Of a DNA stretch of 64,000 nt, positions 19,142 to 28,794 are shown one piece after another. A program made the translations under genes and the position numbers. The DNA lies in IMG/VR virus record IMGVR_UViG_3300013132_000041, positions 11,569 to 75,568 of that record. The stretch is one strand, 5' to 3'. This DNA comes from a virus. The notes beneath the pieces were generated by a model. That model was given only the letters and a program-made list of their open reading frames with translations. It had not been told where the DNA came from and ran no database searches. Numbering within the stretch: position 1 is the stretch's first letter; each line of letters opens with the position of its first letter.

Positions 19142-19477
19142 ATGAACAATTTAGTACAAAAAATTAAAGATATAAATTTATTTAATGTGCAAAAGATTGT
19201 AGAATATTTTAGAACTCATGTAACAGCTGCTACTGCAGAAACTATTACTTGGGTTGCAATAATTTTAATTCATGCATCTATTGTTCCCACAATGATTGCT
19301 TTGATGGCGGGATTGTCTGACAAAACTCCTCCTATTGATCTGGTATTGTTTATTTGGGGAGGATTATCTTTATTGTTTATTCGTGCAGCAATTTTAAAGG
19401 ATATGCTTAACGTGATTACTATTGGTTGTGGATTTTTAGCACACGCAATTATGCTAGCTTTGGTGCTATTTAAATGA
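19142..19477 (+). CDS. Membrane protein, about three TM helices
   Basis: Three hydrophobic segments. Confidence 0.7.
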   Translation: MNNLVQKIKDINLFNVQKIVEYFRTHVTAATAETITWVAIILIHASIVPTMIALMAGLSDKTPPIDLVLFIWGGLSLLFIRAAILKDMLNVITIGCGFLAHAIMLALVLFK

Positions 19478-19737
19478 TTGAAGAATTTAATAAGTTAACC
19501 GATGGCATTATAATAACTAAAAGATTTAGATCGGCAAATGAATTTTCTCTGCACATAGAAGAAAAAGTAGCCAAAGAAAAAATCGGTTATATGGATGCTA
19601 TCATAGATTATTGTAATAATATTGACATTGATGTTTCTTCAGTTGCCTCATTGGTGAATCAATCTTTAAAGGATAAAATTCAGATTGAGGCGGAAGAAGC
19701 AAATTTACTAAAACGAAGGGGTAAATTACCTATATGA
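19474..19737 (+). CDS. gp33: Late transcription coactivator gp33
   Basis: FSLHIE...YMDAIIDYC...SLKDKIQIEAEEANLL; upstream of gp59. Confidence 0.88.
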   Translation: MIEEFNKLTDGIIITKRFRSANEFSLHIEEKVAKEKIGYMDAIIDYCNNIDIDVSSVASLVNQSLKDKIQIEAEEANLLKRRGKLPI

Positions 19738-20366
19738 TCGTAATGGATGCATTTGAAGTTTATAAGTATTACTTGGCATTAAAGTTACATTTTACAACAG
19801 ACAAATATGATGTTATTGAACAGAAGGGGAAAGTTAGAGCAACCAGACAAGCTTTTGCTAAAAGAAAAGATTTGTATGCAATAAATAAAGTAGCAAAAAC
19901 TTATACAGACGAAGAAGTAGCTAATTTTCTTATTGCTAATTTCGTTTCTGGAGATCGGTGGGGCGGAGTATTTGATACAGAAGCAAAAGAGACCTATATT
20001 CTTTGGAAGAAAAGAGTAGAAAGTTTGTCATATAATTTCACGCAAGATTTAGATAAACTTTTAGAGGAATTGGAAGAGAGCAAAAAGCAGTTTGGTGATC
20101 TTTTCAATTGTGCAAAAGGCGAACATCCATATATAATTAAGGCATATTTGAGAAAAAGCATAACAATAGAAACACTAGTAATACTGGACAAATTATATGG
20201 GTTGGTTAACAAATTCGATACAGAAATTAGTGACACTATTGTTTGGCCCGATATATCAAGACTAATTAAAAAGTATAGACCGTTCCTTGTAATAGATAAG
20301 GATAAATTTAATGAAATTATTAGAAGACGATTTGGATATGACGGCGCAGAGACTAACCAACATTGA
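19734..20366 (+). CDS. gp59: Helicase loader gp59
   Basis: YKYYLALKLHFTTDKYD, ITIETLVILD, KKYRPFL. Confidence 0.9.
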   Translation: MIVMDAFEVYKYYLALKLHFTTDKYDVIEQKGKVRATRQAFAKRKDLYAINKVAKTYTDEEVANFLIANFVSGDRWGGVFDTEAKETYILWKKRVESLSYNFTQDLDKLLEELEESKKQFGDLFNCAKGEHPYIIKAYLRKSITIETLVILDKLYGLVNKFDTEISDTIVWPDISRLIKKYRPFLVIDKDKFNEIIRRRFGYDGAETNQH

Positions 20367-20550
20367 AACAGAATTAATTCGAATAAACGAGCAAATTAAT
20401 GCTATGGTAGATAGTCTCAATACTCAAATTGAATCAATAAAAGAAACACAAAGGTATTTAATAAAGCTAGCTAGAAATCAGCAGGAATTAACCAAAAGAA
20501 TTTCAGCATGGCCATACATTGTGGTTAATAATAGAGACGAGGAAGTTTAA
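20311..20550 (+). CDS. Hypothetical coiled-coil protein (start may be 20338)
   Basis: Heptad pattern; fills the gap after gp59. Confidence 0.6.
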   Translation: MKLLEDDLDMTAQRLTNIETELIRINEQINAMVDSLNTQIESIKETQRYLIKLARNQQELTKRISAWPYIVVNNRDEEV

Positions 20551-20556
20551 AATCAT

Positions 20557-20742
20557 ATGGGTGACACAAAACGGTTTGACGATTATGATCGCGAAAAAAG
20601 ATTACATAAGATCAAATCTTCCAAAAATAAACTAGACAAGCATCGAAAATTAATATATAATGTAGTATCATCGAGAAAAGATGATGCAGAATTTGATGAG
20701 TTTCTTGAGTATGATACTTATACAAAAATCAAACGACGCTAA
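20557..20742 (+). CDS. Small hypothetical protein
   Basis: GAGGA RBS; overlaps the gp32 promoter. Confidence 0.5.
   Translation: MGDTKRFDDYDREKRLHKIKSSKNKLDKHRKLIYNVVSSRKDDAEFDEFLEYDTYTKIKRR
20633..20661 (+). promoter_or_regulatory. Sigma70-like promoter for gp32
   Basis: TAGACA-17 nt-TATAAT. Confidence 0.65.
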
Positions 20743-20775
20743 AATTTTATACAACGCAAATACGGAGTAATACAA

Positions 20776-21696
20776 ATGGCATTTACATCTCTATCCGATC
20801 TTCGCAAATCTCGTGGTGGTTTTGATACACTAATGAAAGAGGTTGAGAAGATTTCTAATCCCCAATCTGAAGCAAAAGGCGATGATCGCTTTTGGGTTCC
20901 TGCGGTAGACAAGGCAGGTAACGGATATGCAGTTATTCGTTTTCTTGCACCTCCTAAAGGTGAAGAACTTCCCTGGGTTCGTATTTGGTCTCATGGTTTC
21001 CAAGGTCCATCAGGTAAATGGTACATTGAAAATTCATTGACCACTATTGGTCAGACTGACCCTGTTTCTGAGCTTAATACTAAACTATGGAATAGTGGTA
21101 GTGAAGCAGATAAAGAAACAGCTCGTAAGCAAAAGCGTAAATTAAATTACATTACAAATATTCTTGTTATTAAGGATGCCGCTAATCCTGAGAATGAAGG
21201 AAAAGTTTTCTTATTCAGATTTGGTAAGAAAATTTTTGACAAGATTAAAGATGTTTCTCAACCACAATTCGAAGATGAGAAACCAATTAACCCATTTGAC
21301 TTCTGGGAAGGAGCAAACTTCAAACTTAAGATTCGTAATGTTGAGGGTTATCGTAATTATGATAAATCTGAGTTTGATTCTCCTAGCCCAGTAGCAGATA
21401 ACGATGATCGTATCGAGGCAATCTGGAGTAAGCAATATTCACTTACAGAATTCCTTGATCCCAAGCACTTCAAGACTTATGATTTCTTGAAGCAAAAATT
21501 AGAAACAGTATTGTCGGGTACTACAGCACCAGCTGCTCGTAGAGCCGAAGAAGTAGAACTAGATGAACCGATGGCACCTGCTCCAAAAGCGCAGGTTGTA
21601 TCTAAACCTGCAGCAAAGGCGCCACCTAAAGAAGTAGATTTTGATGACGACGAAGAATCGTTATCTTATTTTGCCAAATTGGCAAACGATGACTGA
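20776..21696 (+). CDS. gp32: Single-stranded DNA-binding protein gp32
   Basis: DDRFW, GNGYAVIRFL, WYIENSLTT, GKKIFDKI, GANFKLK, YDKSEF, acidic tail. Confidence 0.95.
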   Translation: MAFTSLSDLRKSRGGFDTLMKEVEKISNPQSEAKGDDRFWVPAVDKAGNGYAVIRFLAPPKGEELPWVRIWSHGFQGPSGKWYIENSLTTIGQTDPVSELNTKLWNSGSEADKETARKQKRKLNYITNILVIKDAANPENEGKVFLFRFGKKIFDKIKDVSQPQFEDEKPINPFDFWEGANFKLKIRNVEGYRNYDKSEFDSPSPVADNDDRIEAIWSKQYSLTEFLDPKHFKTYDFLKQKLETVLSGTTAPAARRAEEVELDEPMAPAPKAQVVSKPAAKAPPKEVDFDDDEESLSYFAKLANDD

Positions 21697-21796
21697 TAGC
21701 TAGTCCAAGCTGTATGCGAGTATCCGTCTGACTAATTCAGATCATGAATCGCTAAGGATGACGACCTATTATTTTAAACTTTAAAAGGAAACTTTT

Positions 21797-22024
21797 ATGA
21801 AAACTTTAATTGCACTTTTCGCAGCACTTGGTCTTATTACTGGAGTTTTTGCAGCTGATGCTAAGAAAGAGGAGCCAAAGAAGGACGCTCCTAAAGCAGA
21901 AGCAAAGAAAGAAGAACCTGTTAAGCCAAAGGTAAAGCCTGTTGGTAAAGACGGTAAGCCAGTAGAAGAAAAGAAAGAGGAGCCAAAGAAGGACGCTCCT
22001 AAAGCCGATCCTGCTAAGAAGTAA
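21797..22024 (+). CDS. Small secreted Lys/Glu/Pro/Ala-rich protein
   Basis: AAGGA RBS, signal peptide MKTLIALFAALGLITGVFA, duplicated KKEEPKKDAPKA. Confidence 0.8.
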   Translation: MKTLIALFAALGLITGVFAADAKKEEPKKDAPKAEAKKEEPVKPKVKPVGKDGKPVEEKKEEPKKDAPKADPAKK

Positions 22025-22037
22025 TTTAGTAGTCAAC

Positions 22038-22065
22038 AAAAAAGGGAGCCTAGCTCCCTTTTTTT
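22038..22065. terminator. Bidirectional rho-independent terminator
   Basis: AAAAAAGGGAGC-CTA-GCTCCCTTTTTTT between convergent genes. Confidence 0.9.
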
Positions 22066-23815
22066 ATGCAAACGCTGATACCCTATCCACATATCTTTCT
22101 AATGCTGAACTCATCGTTCCTCTTGGTTGAGCTTTAATAGGAGACAGTGTTTGAGTATTATTAGTTTGTACTGTATTAGAAACTATTGGTGGCGCTAGTG
22201 TGGGAGCAGATGATTGACGTTTTAAATCTTCATTATCTCTACTCATTTCAGACATGGGTGTTGCTATATCTTTTTTCTCTGCAGGTGTTATTTTATTAAC
22301 AAGCTCTTGCTTTTGTTTACTATATTGTGCTTCGATTGCGGGCGGATATTGTTTACCCATATCTTTAGCCATACCAATTACTGCCATTTGTTTTTCAGAT
22401 AATGGTTGTCCTTCTATATATGCTTCGCCTGCTATTCTTATTCCCTTTTCTTCAATTTTACCAGGAGTAGGTGTCTCATCTTTTTTACCTATTCCAAAAA
22501 ATGAGCCAATAGCATTTCCTGCTTTTTGAATACCTTGAGCAGCAGTTTTTTCGCTTAATAATCCGAAAGTTGCGCCGGAAGCTATACCACCTAAGGTTGA
22601 TGATATTTTTTGTCCTGTTGTAGCTTTTTCACCTTCTTTGAGATCAAAATTCTGTTCTGTGTTTTGAAATCCCTCGAAACCACTGTAAGCAGCTCCAGCT
22701 ATTGCTGCCGCTGGTCCTAATACTTTTGCAGCTTTGCCAGCCATACCCAAAAATTTACTTACTTTTCCCCCTGCTTTATCTGGGGCTTTGCCATTACCTG
22801 CTATATCTCCAATAGCATCTAATCCAGATTTAGCAACATCAAGTGCTCCTACTCCTCCACCCCCTTCCCCACCGCTCTGAGATTTCAATTCTTCGGGATT
22901 TATAACTTTAACTAATATACCATCATTTAACATAGCCTTTTTAATACTAGCTATATCTTCAACAAGCTTTGTTGAAATTGTTCCAGAAGACGAAGGTTGC
23001 TCTATTTTCTTAGATGTGTCTAATATAGAAGGCGTTGGATTAGTTTTTTGCTTGGGTCCCTCAAGCATTAATGGAGCTATAGATTTGGGTGCTTCTAGTA
23101 TAGGAGTTTTAGATTGTACAGGCGTAACATCTATTACATCATCATATTTTTTCTTAGGCGCTTCTAGTAAAGGAGTTTTAAGTTCAATCTTAGGTGCTTC
23201 TAATACCAATGGTTTAGATGAGTTTACTTCAGGGGCATTTAATAAGGGAGATTCTGGGAAAAGTTGTTTTCTTTCTCCCTTACCAACATAATTGGCTATT
23301 GGTCCCTTATTCTCTAACATAGGTGTTTTAGATTGCAAAGCAGGTGTTTTTGATACTGGTACATTAGAATATACCTGTTGCATTTCTCCCCTACCTACAA
23401 ATTTAGGTATAGGAGCTTTTTCCTCTAAAGCTAAGTTTTTAGGTTCAATTTCTTTTTCAAGTGCCGTAATGTTTGTTTTGCCCTTAACACTTGATTTTAT
23501 TTTTTTCCCAAAGAAAAATTCTTTATATTCCTCAATTCTTTTACCAAAGCCTGTAAAAAAATCTGTTATACTTCCGAAAGATTTCACGAATTCCTCATCG
23601 TCTTTATCTTTAGAATATTTTTTAGATTTACCTAAACCTTTAGTAATCGCTGTGAGTTGAATTTTATCTATTAAATCTTTGAGAATAGCATTATTATCTT
23701 TTAGTACGTCGAGTATTTTCTCGTCAACCTTGACAATATCATCAGTTTCTCTTTTGAAAACTCGACGTAGTTCTAAGAACTCAACATTCTGTAGTGTTTG
23801 TTGAGAAATTGCCAT
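22064..23815 (-). CDS. Putative baseplate hub/tape-measure-like protein (gp29 position)
   Basis: Downstream of gp26/gp51; Gly/Ala-rich hydrophobic helices; SKTPxLEAPK repeats; function inferred from synteny. Confidence 0.45.
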   Translation of the reverse strand: MAISQQTLQNVEFLELRRVFKRETDDIVKVDEKILDVLKDNNAILKDLIDKIQLTAITKGLGKSKKYSKDKDDEEFVKSFGSITDFFTGFGKRIEEYKEFFFGKKIKSSVKGKTNITALEKEIEPKNLALEEKAPIPKFVGRGEMQQVYSNVPVSKTPALQSKTPMLENKGPIANYVGKGERKQLFPESPLLNAPEVNSSKPLVLEAPKIELKTPLLEAPKKKYDDVIDVTPVQSKTPILEAPKSIAPLMLEGPKQKTNPTPSILDTSKKIEQPSSSGTISTKLVEDIASIKKAMLNDGILVKVINPEELKSQSGGEGGGGVGALDVAKSGLDAIGDIAGNGKAPDKAGGKVSKFLGMAGKAAKVLGPAAAIAGAAYSGFEGFQNTEQNFDLKEGEKATTGQKISSTLGGIASGATFGLLSEKTAAQGIQKAGNAIGSFFGIGKKDETPTPGKIEEKGIRIAGEAYIEGQPLSEKQMAVIGMAKDMGKQYPPAIEAQYSKQKQELVNKITPAEKKDIATPMSEMSRDNEDLKRQSSAPTLAPPIVSNTVQTNNTQTLSPIKAQPRGTMSSALERYVDRVSAFA

Positions 23816-23818
23816 TTA

Positions 23819-24391
23819 TTATACTGGTCTTCTAACTATTGGTCTAATTGATGCACCGTCACTAGGAGCGGATTCCGCCATTGGTTGTGACAATGGCATA
23901 TTTGATCCCGAATCAGCATAACTTACAGGCATAGGTCTCGGCGCCATATTCTGTTGTGCCGGAATAGCTGCACCAGTAACTGGTGTTGTACCAGGTGTAA
24001 ATTTGGGCGGCTCTGAGCTTAGAGTTGGGGTTGCTACTCCGCCTGCTGCTCCTGCAATCTTTTCCTGAGTACGACCAAATGCACTAACACCCAATACTGC
24101 ACCCATGGCTACGTGAAATAAACCACCGCCTTGCAGCGTTATGGGCACCCATTGTCTAAACGCATCATTGGCTGCTTGAGTTTCCCAGAACTGCACAATA
24201 GTAAACATAATGGGAAATATAGCAAAATCAGCAAGGCAGCAAATCATGTACATTATAGCCATCATTGGACGCCATTTCTTAGTCATCCAATCTTCTTTAT
24301 TCTCGTTTCCGGGAATCAGCTTAGAATCTTCTTCTTTAGTTTCTTCCACTTTAGGTTCCTCTTTCTTTTTAGTTCCAAATTGAAATCCCAT
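23819..24391 (-). CDS. Membrane protein, possible holin
   Basis: KWRPMMA, two TM segments, LGVSAFGRTQEK. Confidence 0.55.
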   Translation of the reverse strand: MGFQFGTKKKEEPKVEETKEEDSKLIPGNENKEDWMTKKWRPMMAIMYMICCLADFAIFPIMFTIVQFWETQAANDAFRQWVPITLQGGGLFHVAMGAVLGVSAFGRTQEKIAGAAGGVATPTLSSEPPKFTPGTTPVTGAAIPAQQNMAPRPMPVSYADSGSNMPLSQPMAESAPSDGASIRPIVRRPV

Positions 24392-24401
24392 ATCAGTTCC
24401 T

Positions 24402-24560
24402 TTAACTAAATTCTCTATTCTTATTTTGCATTCTTATTTTTTCGTTTTCTTCATGGATGTATTGAATCAATAATGCTATATAAGTTTCTCTTTCCCAGGG
24501 CAACATATTTTCCAATTCTGATAATGAATATTTGTGATGATGCATCAAAGCAAAATTCAT
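24402..24560 (-). CDS. gp51: gp51-like baseplate hub assembly protein, 52 aa (not in ORF track)
   Basis: Translated by hand: MNFALMHHHKYSLSELENMLPWERETYIALLIQYIHEENEKIRMQNKNREFS*. Confidence 0.85.
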   Translation of the reverse strand: MNFALMHHHKYSLSELENMLPWERETYIALLIQYIHEENEKIRMQNKNREFS

Positions 24561-24595
24561 TTTGAAATAATTTAGTAAATCATCTTGAGAAAGAT

Positions 24596-25291
24596 TTAAA
24601 CGAAAAAACTTTGAAGGCCCTCCAATTTTACTACGTTATGTTTGCCGCACTTATCACAATCTGCTTCAATGGTTTGTTCTAATCTAGGCATAGTTAGAAA
24701 AAACTCTTCTACTTGCTCAAATTGTTTTCTAGTAAAATCATTTACAAACTCTAAAACCTCATCTTCTGTTTGTTCTGAAGAATCCCAGTAATTTTTCTTA
24801 TCATAAATACCCTTAATACATTTTATAACTAGTTTAACTATATCATCTTGGTCATTGTTTTCATACGCTTTAATAACTTCCTCATACGTAGGATATCGCA
24901 TCTCTATACCAATAGTGTCAGTTAACTGTATTTTGCTATTATGTTTTTCATTTTTTACTACTTTAGCATCATATAAATTGGCAGTATGTTCTATTTTATT
25001 ACCGCAATCACAGTTTATAATTAAGTCTAAAGTTTCACCTATGGATTTTGCTCTAAGTTGAATAAAGATATACTCTATATCAAAATTAGTTAAATCTGTC
25101 GTCTTCAATTGTTCAAAGGTACAAACGTTAACTAAATCTTTGATTACTCTAAATATTTCTATTTCATTAGCATCTTTCAAAGTTAAAAGAATTTTGTGTT
25201 CTTTAACTAGAAAAGGTCTGTACTTAACAGTTTTTCCTGTAGAAGGAAGTTTTAATTCATAGGTTGGTGTGTTTAGTTTAGGTAAAGCCAT
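24596..25291 (-). CDS. gp26: Baseplate hub assembly protein gp26
   Basis: MALPKLNTPTYELKLPSTGK.VKYRPFLVKE, LRAKSIGE, two CxC/CxxC, LEGLQSFF. Confidence 0.9.
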   Translation of the reverse strand: MALPKLNTPTYELKLPSTGKTVKYRPFLVKEHKILLTLKDANEIEIFRVIKDLVNVCTFEQLKTTDLTNFDIEYIFIQLRAKSIGETLDLIINCDCGNKIEHTANLYDAKVVKNEKHNSKIQLTDTIGIEMRYPTYEEVIKAYENNDQDDIVKLVIKCIKGIYDKKNYWDSSEQTEDEVLEFVNDFTRKQFEQVEEFFLTMPRLEQTIEADCDKCGKHNVVKLEGLQSFFV

Positions 25292-25303
25292 ACTATATCC
25301 TTA

Positions 25304-26020
25304 TCATGCTGATATTGGTAAATCACTACCTGGTGTATCTTCCAAATTACCAGTAGTTGGATTAAATTGTCGTCTCGCTGTTTTTTCCGGTAAACTTTCT
25401 TCAGGTCTTTTAATAAATGATTTTGAATCAGGGGGAGGGATGAACGGCATAGTTCTTTGAACAGTAGCTACTGTTTCGTTATCCATAACTGCTGTCCAAT
25501 ATCTGTAAGCAAACATAACAGTTAATCTATGTGTTTGATTTTGCGTTGCATTATTCAATGCCATTATATTAATAGATCTAGGAAAAGCTTCCTTCAGAAC
25601 ACATCTATAAGTAACGTTATCTGTTTCATCTAATTGATAAATTGTAATGTCTTGAGCATACTCATCTTGATATGCAACCAAAAAAGTATCCTGTTCAACA
25701 ATAGAATAACACCATTCCTCAAAAAATCTTTTTATAATCATTTCTCTATCAACATGAAAAGTCATAGATATACCTTCACCGCCGAATTCGGCGGATACTG
25801 GTCTTTGAAATGATGGTCCGAATATTTTATAGTTTTTAGTGTTTACTATTAAAGGTGGAAAATTGGTTTCTTCGCAGTATAAACTCACCACTCTACCAAA
25901 CTGCCTGTAAAATGAATTTAAACCTAAAGGTACGGGTATTTCTACTTCGAACCGATTTGGTCTTGCTAAACCATAACCCAAAACTTCGCTTCTAAATTCA
26001 TTTAAACTAAATGTTGCCAT
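25304..26020 (-). CDS. Tail tube initiator / tube-like protein (gp54/gp19 fold)
   Basis: GLARPNRFEV, ITIYQLD, LKEAFP, LTVMFAYRYW; start set at MATF (26020). Confidence 0.75.
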   Translation of the reverse strand: MATFSLNEFRSEVLGYGLARPNRFEVEIPVPLGLNSFYRQFGRVVSLYCEETNFPPLIVNTKNYKIFGPSFQRPVSAEFGGEGISMTFHVDREMIIKRFFEEWCYSIVEQDTFLVAYQDEYAQDITIYQLDETDNVTYRCVLKEAFPRSINIMALNNATQNQTHRLTVMFAYRYWTAVMDNETVATVQRTMPFIPPPDSKSFIKRPEESLPEKTARRQFNPTTGNLEDTPGSDLPISA

Positions 26021-26583
26021 TAGTATTTTGCCTTTGAATCTTCCCAAACTTTGGTTTTATTTGCGCCCACAAATTTGTCTACGGGTAACAAAGCAGCAGT
26101 TACCCAATTAGTTATAGGTACTTCAAAAAATCTAGATTCCACGTGATCTGCTAAATAATGTTTTACACAAGCTTTAACTGGAGCCAGTCTAGAAGATCTA
26201 GTTAAAATTCTCCATGATATTTGTAGTTTTGTAGTCTCATTCATTTTGTCATTATTTAGATATTCCGAAAGATATCCTAACAATTTAAATCTTGCCAAGT
26301 ACGGCAAATAATGTAAATTTAAGCCATAGAAACCATTTGGTATTTTTCTAAAAGGTAATACCAGGGGAAAGGTATCATAATACGGTAATTTATTTTTATG
26401 TTTTGGATCATAAAAGAATAAATACATTTTACCAGGAATCACTCTGTTTACTAGATATTCTCTTTCTCTCATAATGTTTGTGCCGCTCAAAGTACCAAGT
26501 TTTCTTACTTGGGCTTGATACCATTGAACAGACATATCGACATTTTTTGGGTCGACAGATATGGAAGTAAAGGAGGTAGCCAT
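26020..26583 (-). CDS. gp2: DNA end protector protein gp2
   Basis: YDPKHKNKLPYYDTFPLV, GLNLHYLP, KHYL. Confidence 0.9.
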   Translation of the reverse strand: MATSFTSISVDPKNVDMSVQWYQAQVRKLGTLSGTNIMREREYLVNRVIPGKMYLFFYDPKHKNKLPYYDTFPLVLPFRKIPNGFYGLNLHYLPYLARFKLLGYLSEYLNNDKMNETTKLQISWRILTRSSRLAPVKACVKHYLADHVESRFFEVPITNWVTAALLPVDKFVGANKTKVWEDSKAKY

Positions 26584-26587
26584 AGTA

Positions 26588-27046
26588 TTATTTATTGTAG
26601 GTTTGAATTCCTAAATCTTTCTCAGTAAGTATCATGAATTTCATCTTGCGATCTTCGCAATATTCGAATGCTGCCTTCCATTTGGCTTCATTTACCCCAT
26701 ATTGGAACACCTCATCTATAAACTGTTTGGTTTTGCGTTTAGGTATAGAAGGAGGTTTGGTGAATTTTTCTGGTTTGATTTCTATTAGATATTTTTGAAT
26801 TTTACCAGTTTTATCTAATACTTTAATAAAAAAATCCACGAAATATCTGTGTACTTTTTTATCAATAGGAGAAATATATGGAATAATAATTGTTTCTGAA
26901 CCCCATTCTAAAATTGCGAGGTTGCCATCGCACCATTTCATAAATTTGAGTTCCCAAAGAGACCTATAGATAACATTATTGATTTCTCCCCTATATTTAC
27001 TGGGGTTTATTACTCTATATCGACCTTTGTACGTATTTTTATACAT
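26588..27046 (-). CDS. gp4: Head completion nuclease gp4
   Basis: YRSLWE..FM.WCD, HRYFVDF, EIKP, NEAKWKAA, LTEKDL. Confidence 0.92.
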   Translation of the reverse strand: MYKNTYKGRYRVINPSKYRGEINNVIYRSLWELKFMKWCDGNLAILEWGSETIIIPYISPIDKKVHRYFVDFFIKVLDKTGKIQKYLIEIKPEKFTKPPSIPKRKTKQFIDEVFQYGVNEAKWKAAFEYCEDRKMKFMILTEKDLGIQTYNK

Positions 27047-27088
27047 AGTTTTGGAATAAATAATTTATCAACTATTTATAGGCAAAAA

Positions 27089-28300
27089 ATGTCAGATTTA
27101 GCTACACAAAGATTAGACGACAGCCCTGTTTGGAATATTGATGTACAAGGTGTTAGCGACGAACAACAGTTTTTATCTGACGTAGGTAATACTGTTACTA
27201 CATCCAGTAGATCTAAATTTGATATTAATGTTATACGATTTCCCGAAACTTTGGGCACGGATCCTGGTTTACAACATTATGTCTCTTTTTCTATAAACGT
27301 AAGAGGTAAATCCAAATATTCTTTAGATGCTGATAGATTATTTTCTATTACTAGAAATAATGCAGCTCAATTAACAGCAGATGAACTGGCTAATGCGACG
27401 GAAGGATTGGCTAAAGTAGGAGGAGCAGTACTAGGTGCTAGTTTGGGAAGTATGGCATCAAAAAAATTAGCAGATGCTTTACCCAAAAGTGGTAGTAAAA
27501 ATACAGCAAATACTAATGTAGGTCGTACAGCTGCAGATAAAACGATACAAATTGGAGCAGGTGTATTGGGGGCAGCAGCCGGAGCTAAATTAGGTGAAAC
27601 TGCAGCAGAAATTATTAATTCAACCGCTTTATTGAAACCTGATGTATCTTATAGAATATCGGACGTAATAGCATTACATTTAGAGGAAAAACCTTCAGTA
27701 AAATATGCTGCAAATTATTCAAATAAAGATTTAGGAACACTAGCAGGTGTTCTTGGACAAACAGGGGGTGGCGATTTAACCGATACTCTTAAGAGCGCAG
27801 CAAACATGGGAGGGGAAATAGCATCTGCTGCTATTTTAGGATTAGCAAAACTACCATCTATGTTTGGCGGCACAGATGTAAAATCTGTGATAGGAGCCGG
27901 AGCCAAAGTTGCACTAAATCCATTTAGAGAAGTATTATTTGAAGCAATAGATTTTAGAACATTTAGTTTTAAATACAGGCTAATGCCCAAAAGTGAAAAA
28001 GAATCAAAAGACATATACAATATTATAAGATTATTTAAATTCCATATGCATCCCGAATTATCTAAAAATCGTTTATTTTTTATATATCCTGCAGAATTTC
28101 AAATAACTTATTTTTTTAGAAATCAACAAAACAAATATTTTCATAATTTTGCCCCGTGTGTTTTAACTGATCTTCAGGTAGATTATGGAGGAGAACAATT
28201 TTCCTCATTTAGAGACGGAGCACCGACTGAAATAAATTTATCTCTTACATTTAGAGAAACAGAAATTCTTACCAAAGATAAAATATTGGATGGATTCTAA
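27089..28300 (+). CDS. gp48: Baseplate tail tube cap gp48
   Basis: NPFREVLFEAIDFRTFSFKYRLMPKS..E, FKFHMHP, LSLTFRETEILTK. Confidence 0.85.
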   Translation: MSDLATQRLDDSPVWNIDVQGVSDEQQFLSDVGNTVTTSSRSKFDINVIRFPETLGTDPGLQHYVSFSINVRGKSKYSLDADRLFSITRNNAAQLTADELANATEGLAKVGGAVLGASLGSMASKKLADALPKSGSKNTANTNVGRTAADKTIQIGAGVLGAAAGAKLGETAAEIINSTALLKPDVSYRISDVIALHLEEKPSVKYAANYSNKDLGTLAGVLGQTGGGDLTDTLKSAANMGGEIASAAILGLAKLPSMFGGTDVKSVIGAGAKVALNPFREVLFEAIDFRTFSFKYRLMPKSEKESKDIYNIIRLFKFHMHPELSKNRLFFIYPAEFQITYFFRNQQNKYFHNFAPCVLTDLQVDYGGEQFSSFRDGAPTEINLSLTFRETEILTKDKILDGF

Positions 28301-28794
28301 TGTATTTCGAAAAATTTCCTTATGATGTTTATTCTTTAGATGATTTATCATCTGTTCAACTTGTAAAAGATATTTTACGCAGAATAACTATTACAGATGA
28401 AGTCAAAAATAATACAAGTATATTTGATCAATATGATATTAAAGAGGGTGAGACCCCTGAAAGATTAGCGGATAAATTTTATGGTGATTCTAACTATCAT
28501 TGGGTAATTTTACATCTTAATGAAATAGTTGATCCTAGATTCGATTGGCCATTATCAACTTACCAATTAGAACAATATGTGGGCTCTAAATATGGAATAG
28601 CTAATGTTCAAGCAACTCATCATTGGGAAGATGGTAATGGAAATTGGGTTAACAACACTTATCCTTCAGCAACAGCAATTTCTAATTTCACGTATGAGGA
28701 TAAATTAAATGAAGATAAAAGAAGAATTAAAATTTTAAAACCAAGGTTTTTAGCTTCTGTAGAAACAGAATTTGATAATAAGATTAAACAATGA
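28300..28794 (+). CDS. gp53: Baseplate wedge subunit gp53
   Basis: MYFEKFP, GETPERLADKFYGD..YHWVIL (LysM-like), NEDKRRIKILKP. Confidence 0.9.
   Translation: MYFEKFPYDVYSLDDLSSVQLVKDILRRITITDEVKNNTSIFDQYDIKEGETPERLADKFYGDSNYHWVILHLNEIVDPRFDWPLSTYQLEQYVGSKYGIANVQATHHWEDGNGNWVNNTYPSATAISNFTYEDKLNEDKRRIKILKPRFLASVETEFDNKIKQ

Noticed and set aside
21693-21770. Hammerhead, twister or fluoride riboswitch identity for the post-gp32 element
   Set aside because: Core consensus nucleotides (for example CUGANGA/GAAA) are absent; kept only as an unassigned structured RNA candidate
21863-22005. 35-nt exact direct repeat resembling a mini-CRISPR
   Set aside because: Only two copies, 73 nt apart, in frame and encoding KKEEPKKDAPKA; non-palindromic; no cas genes
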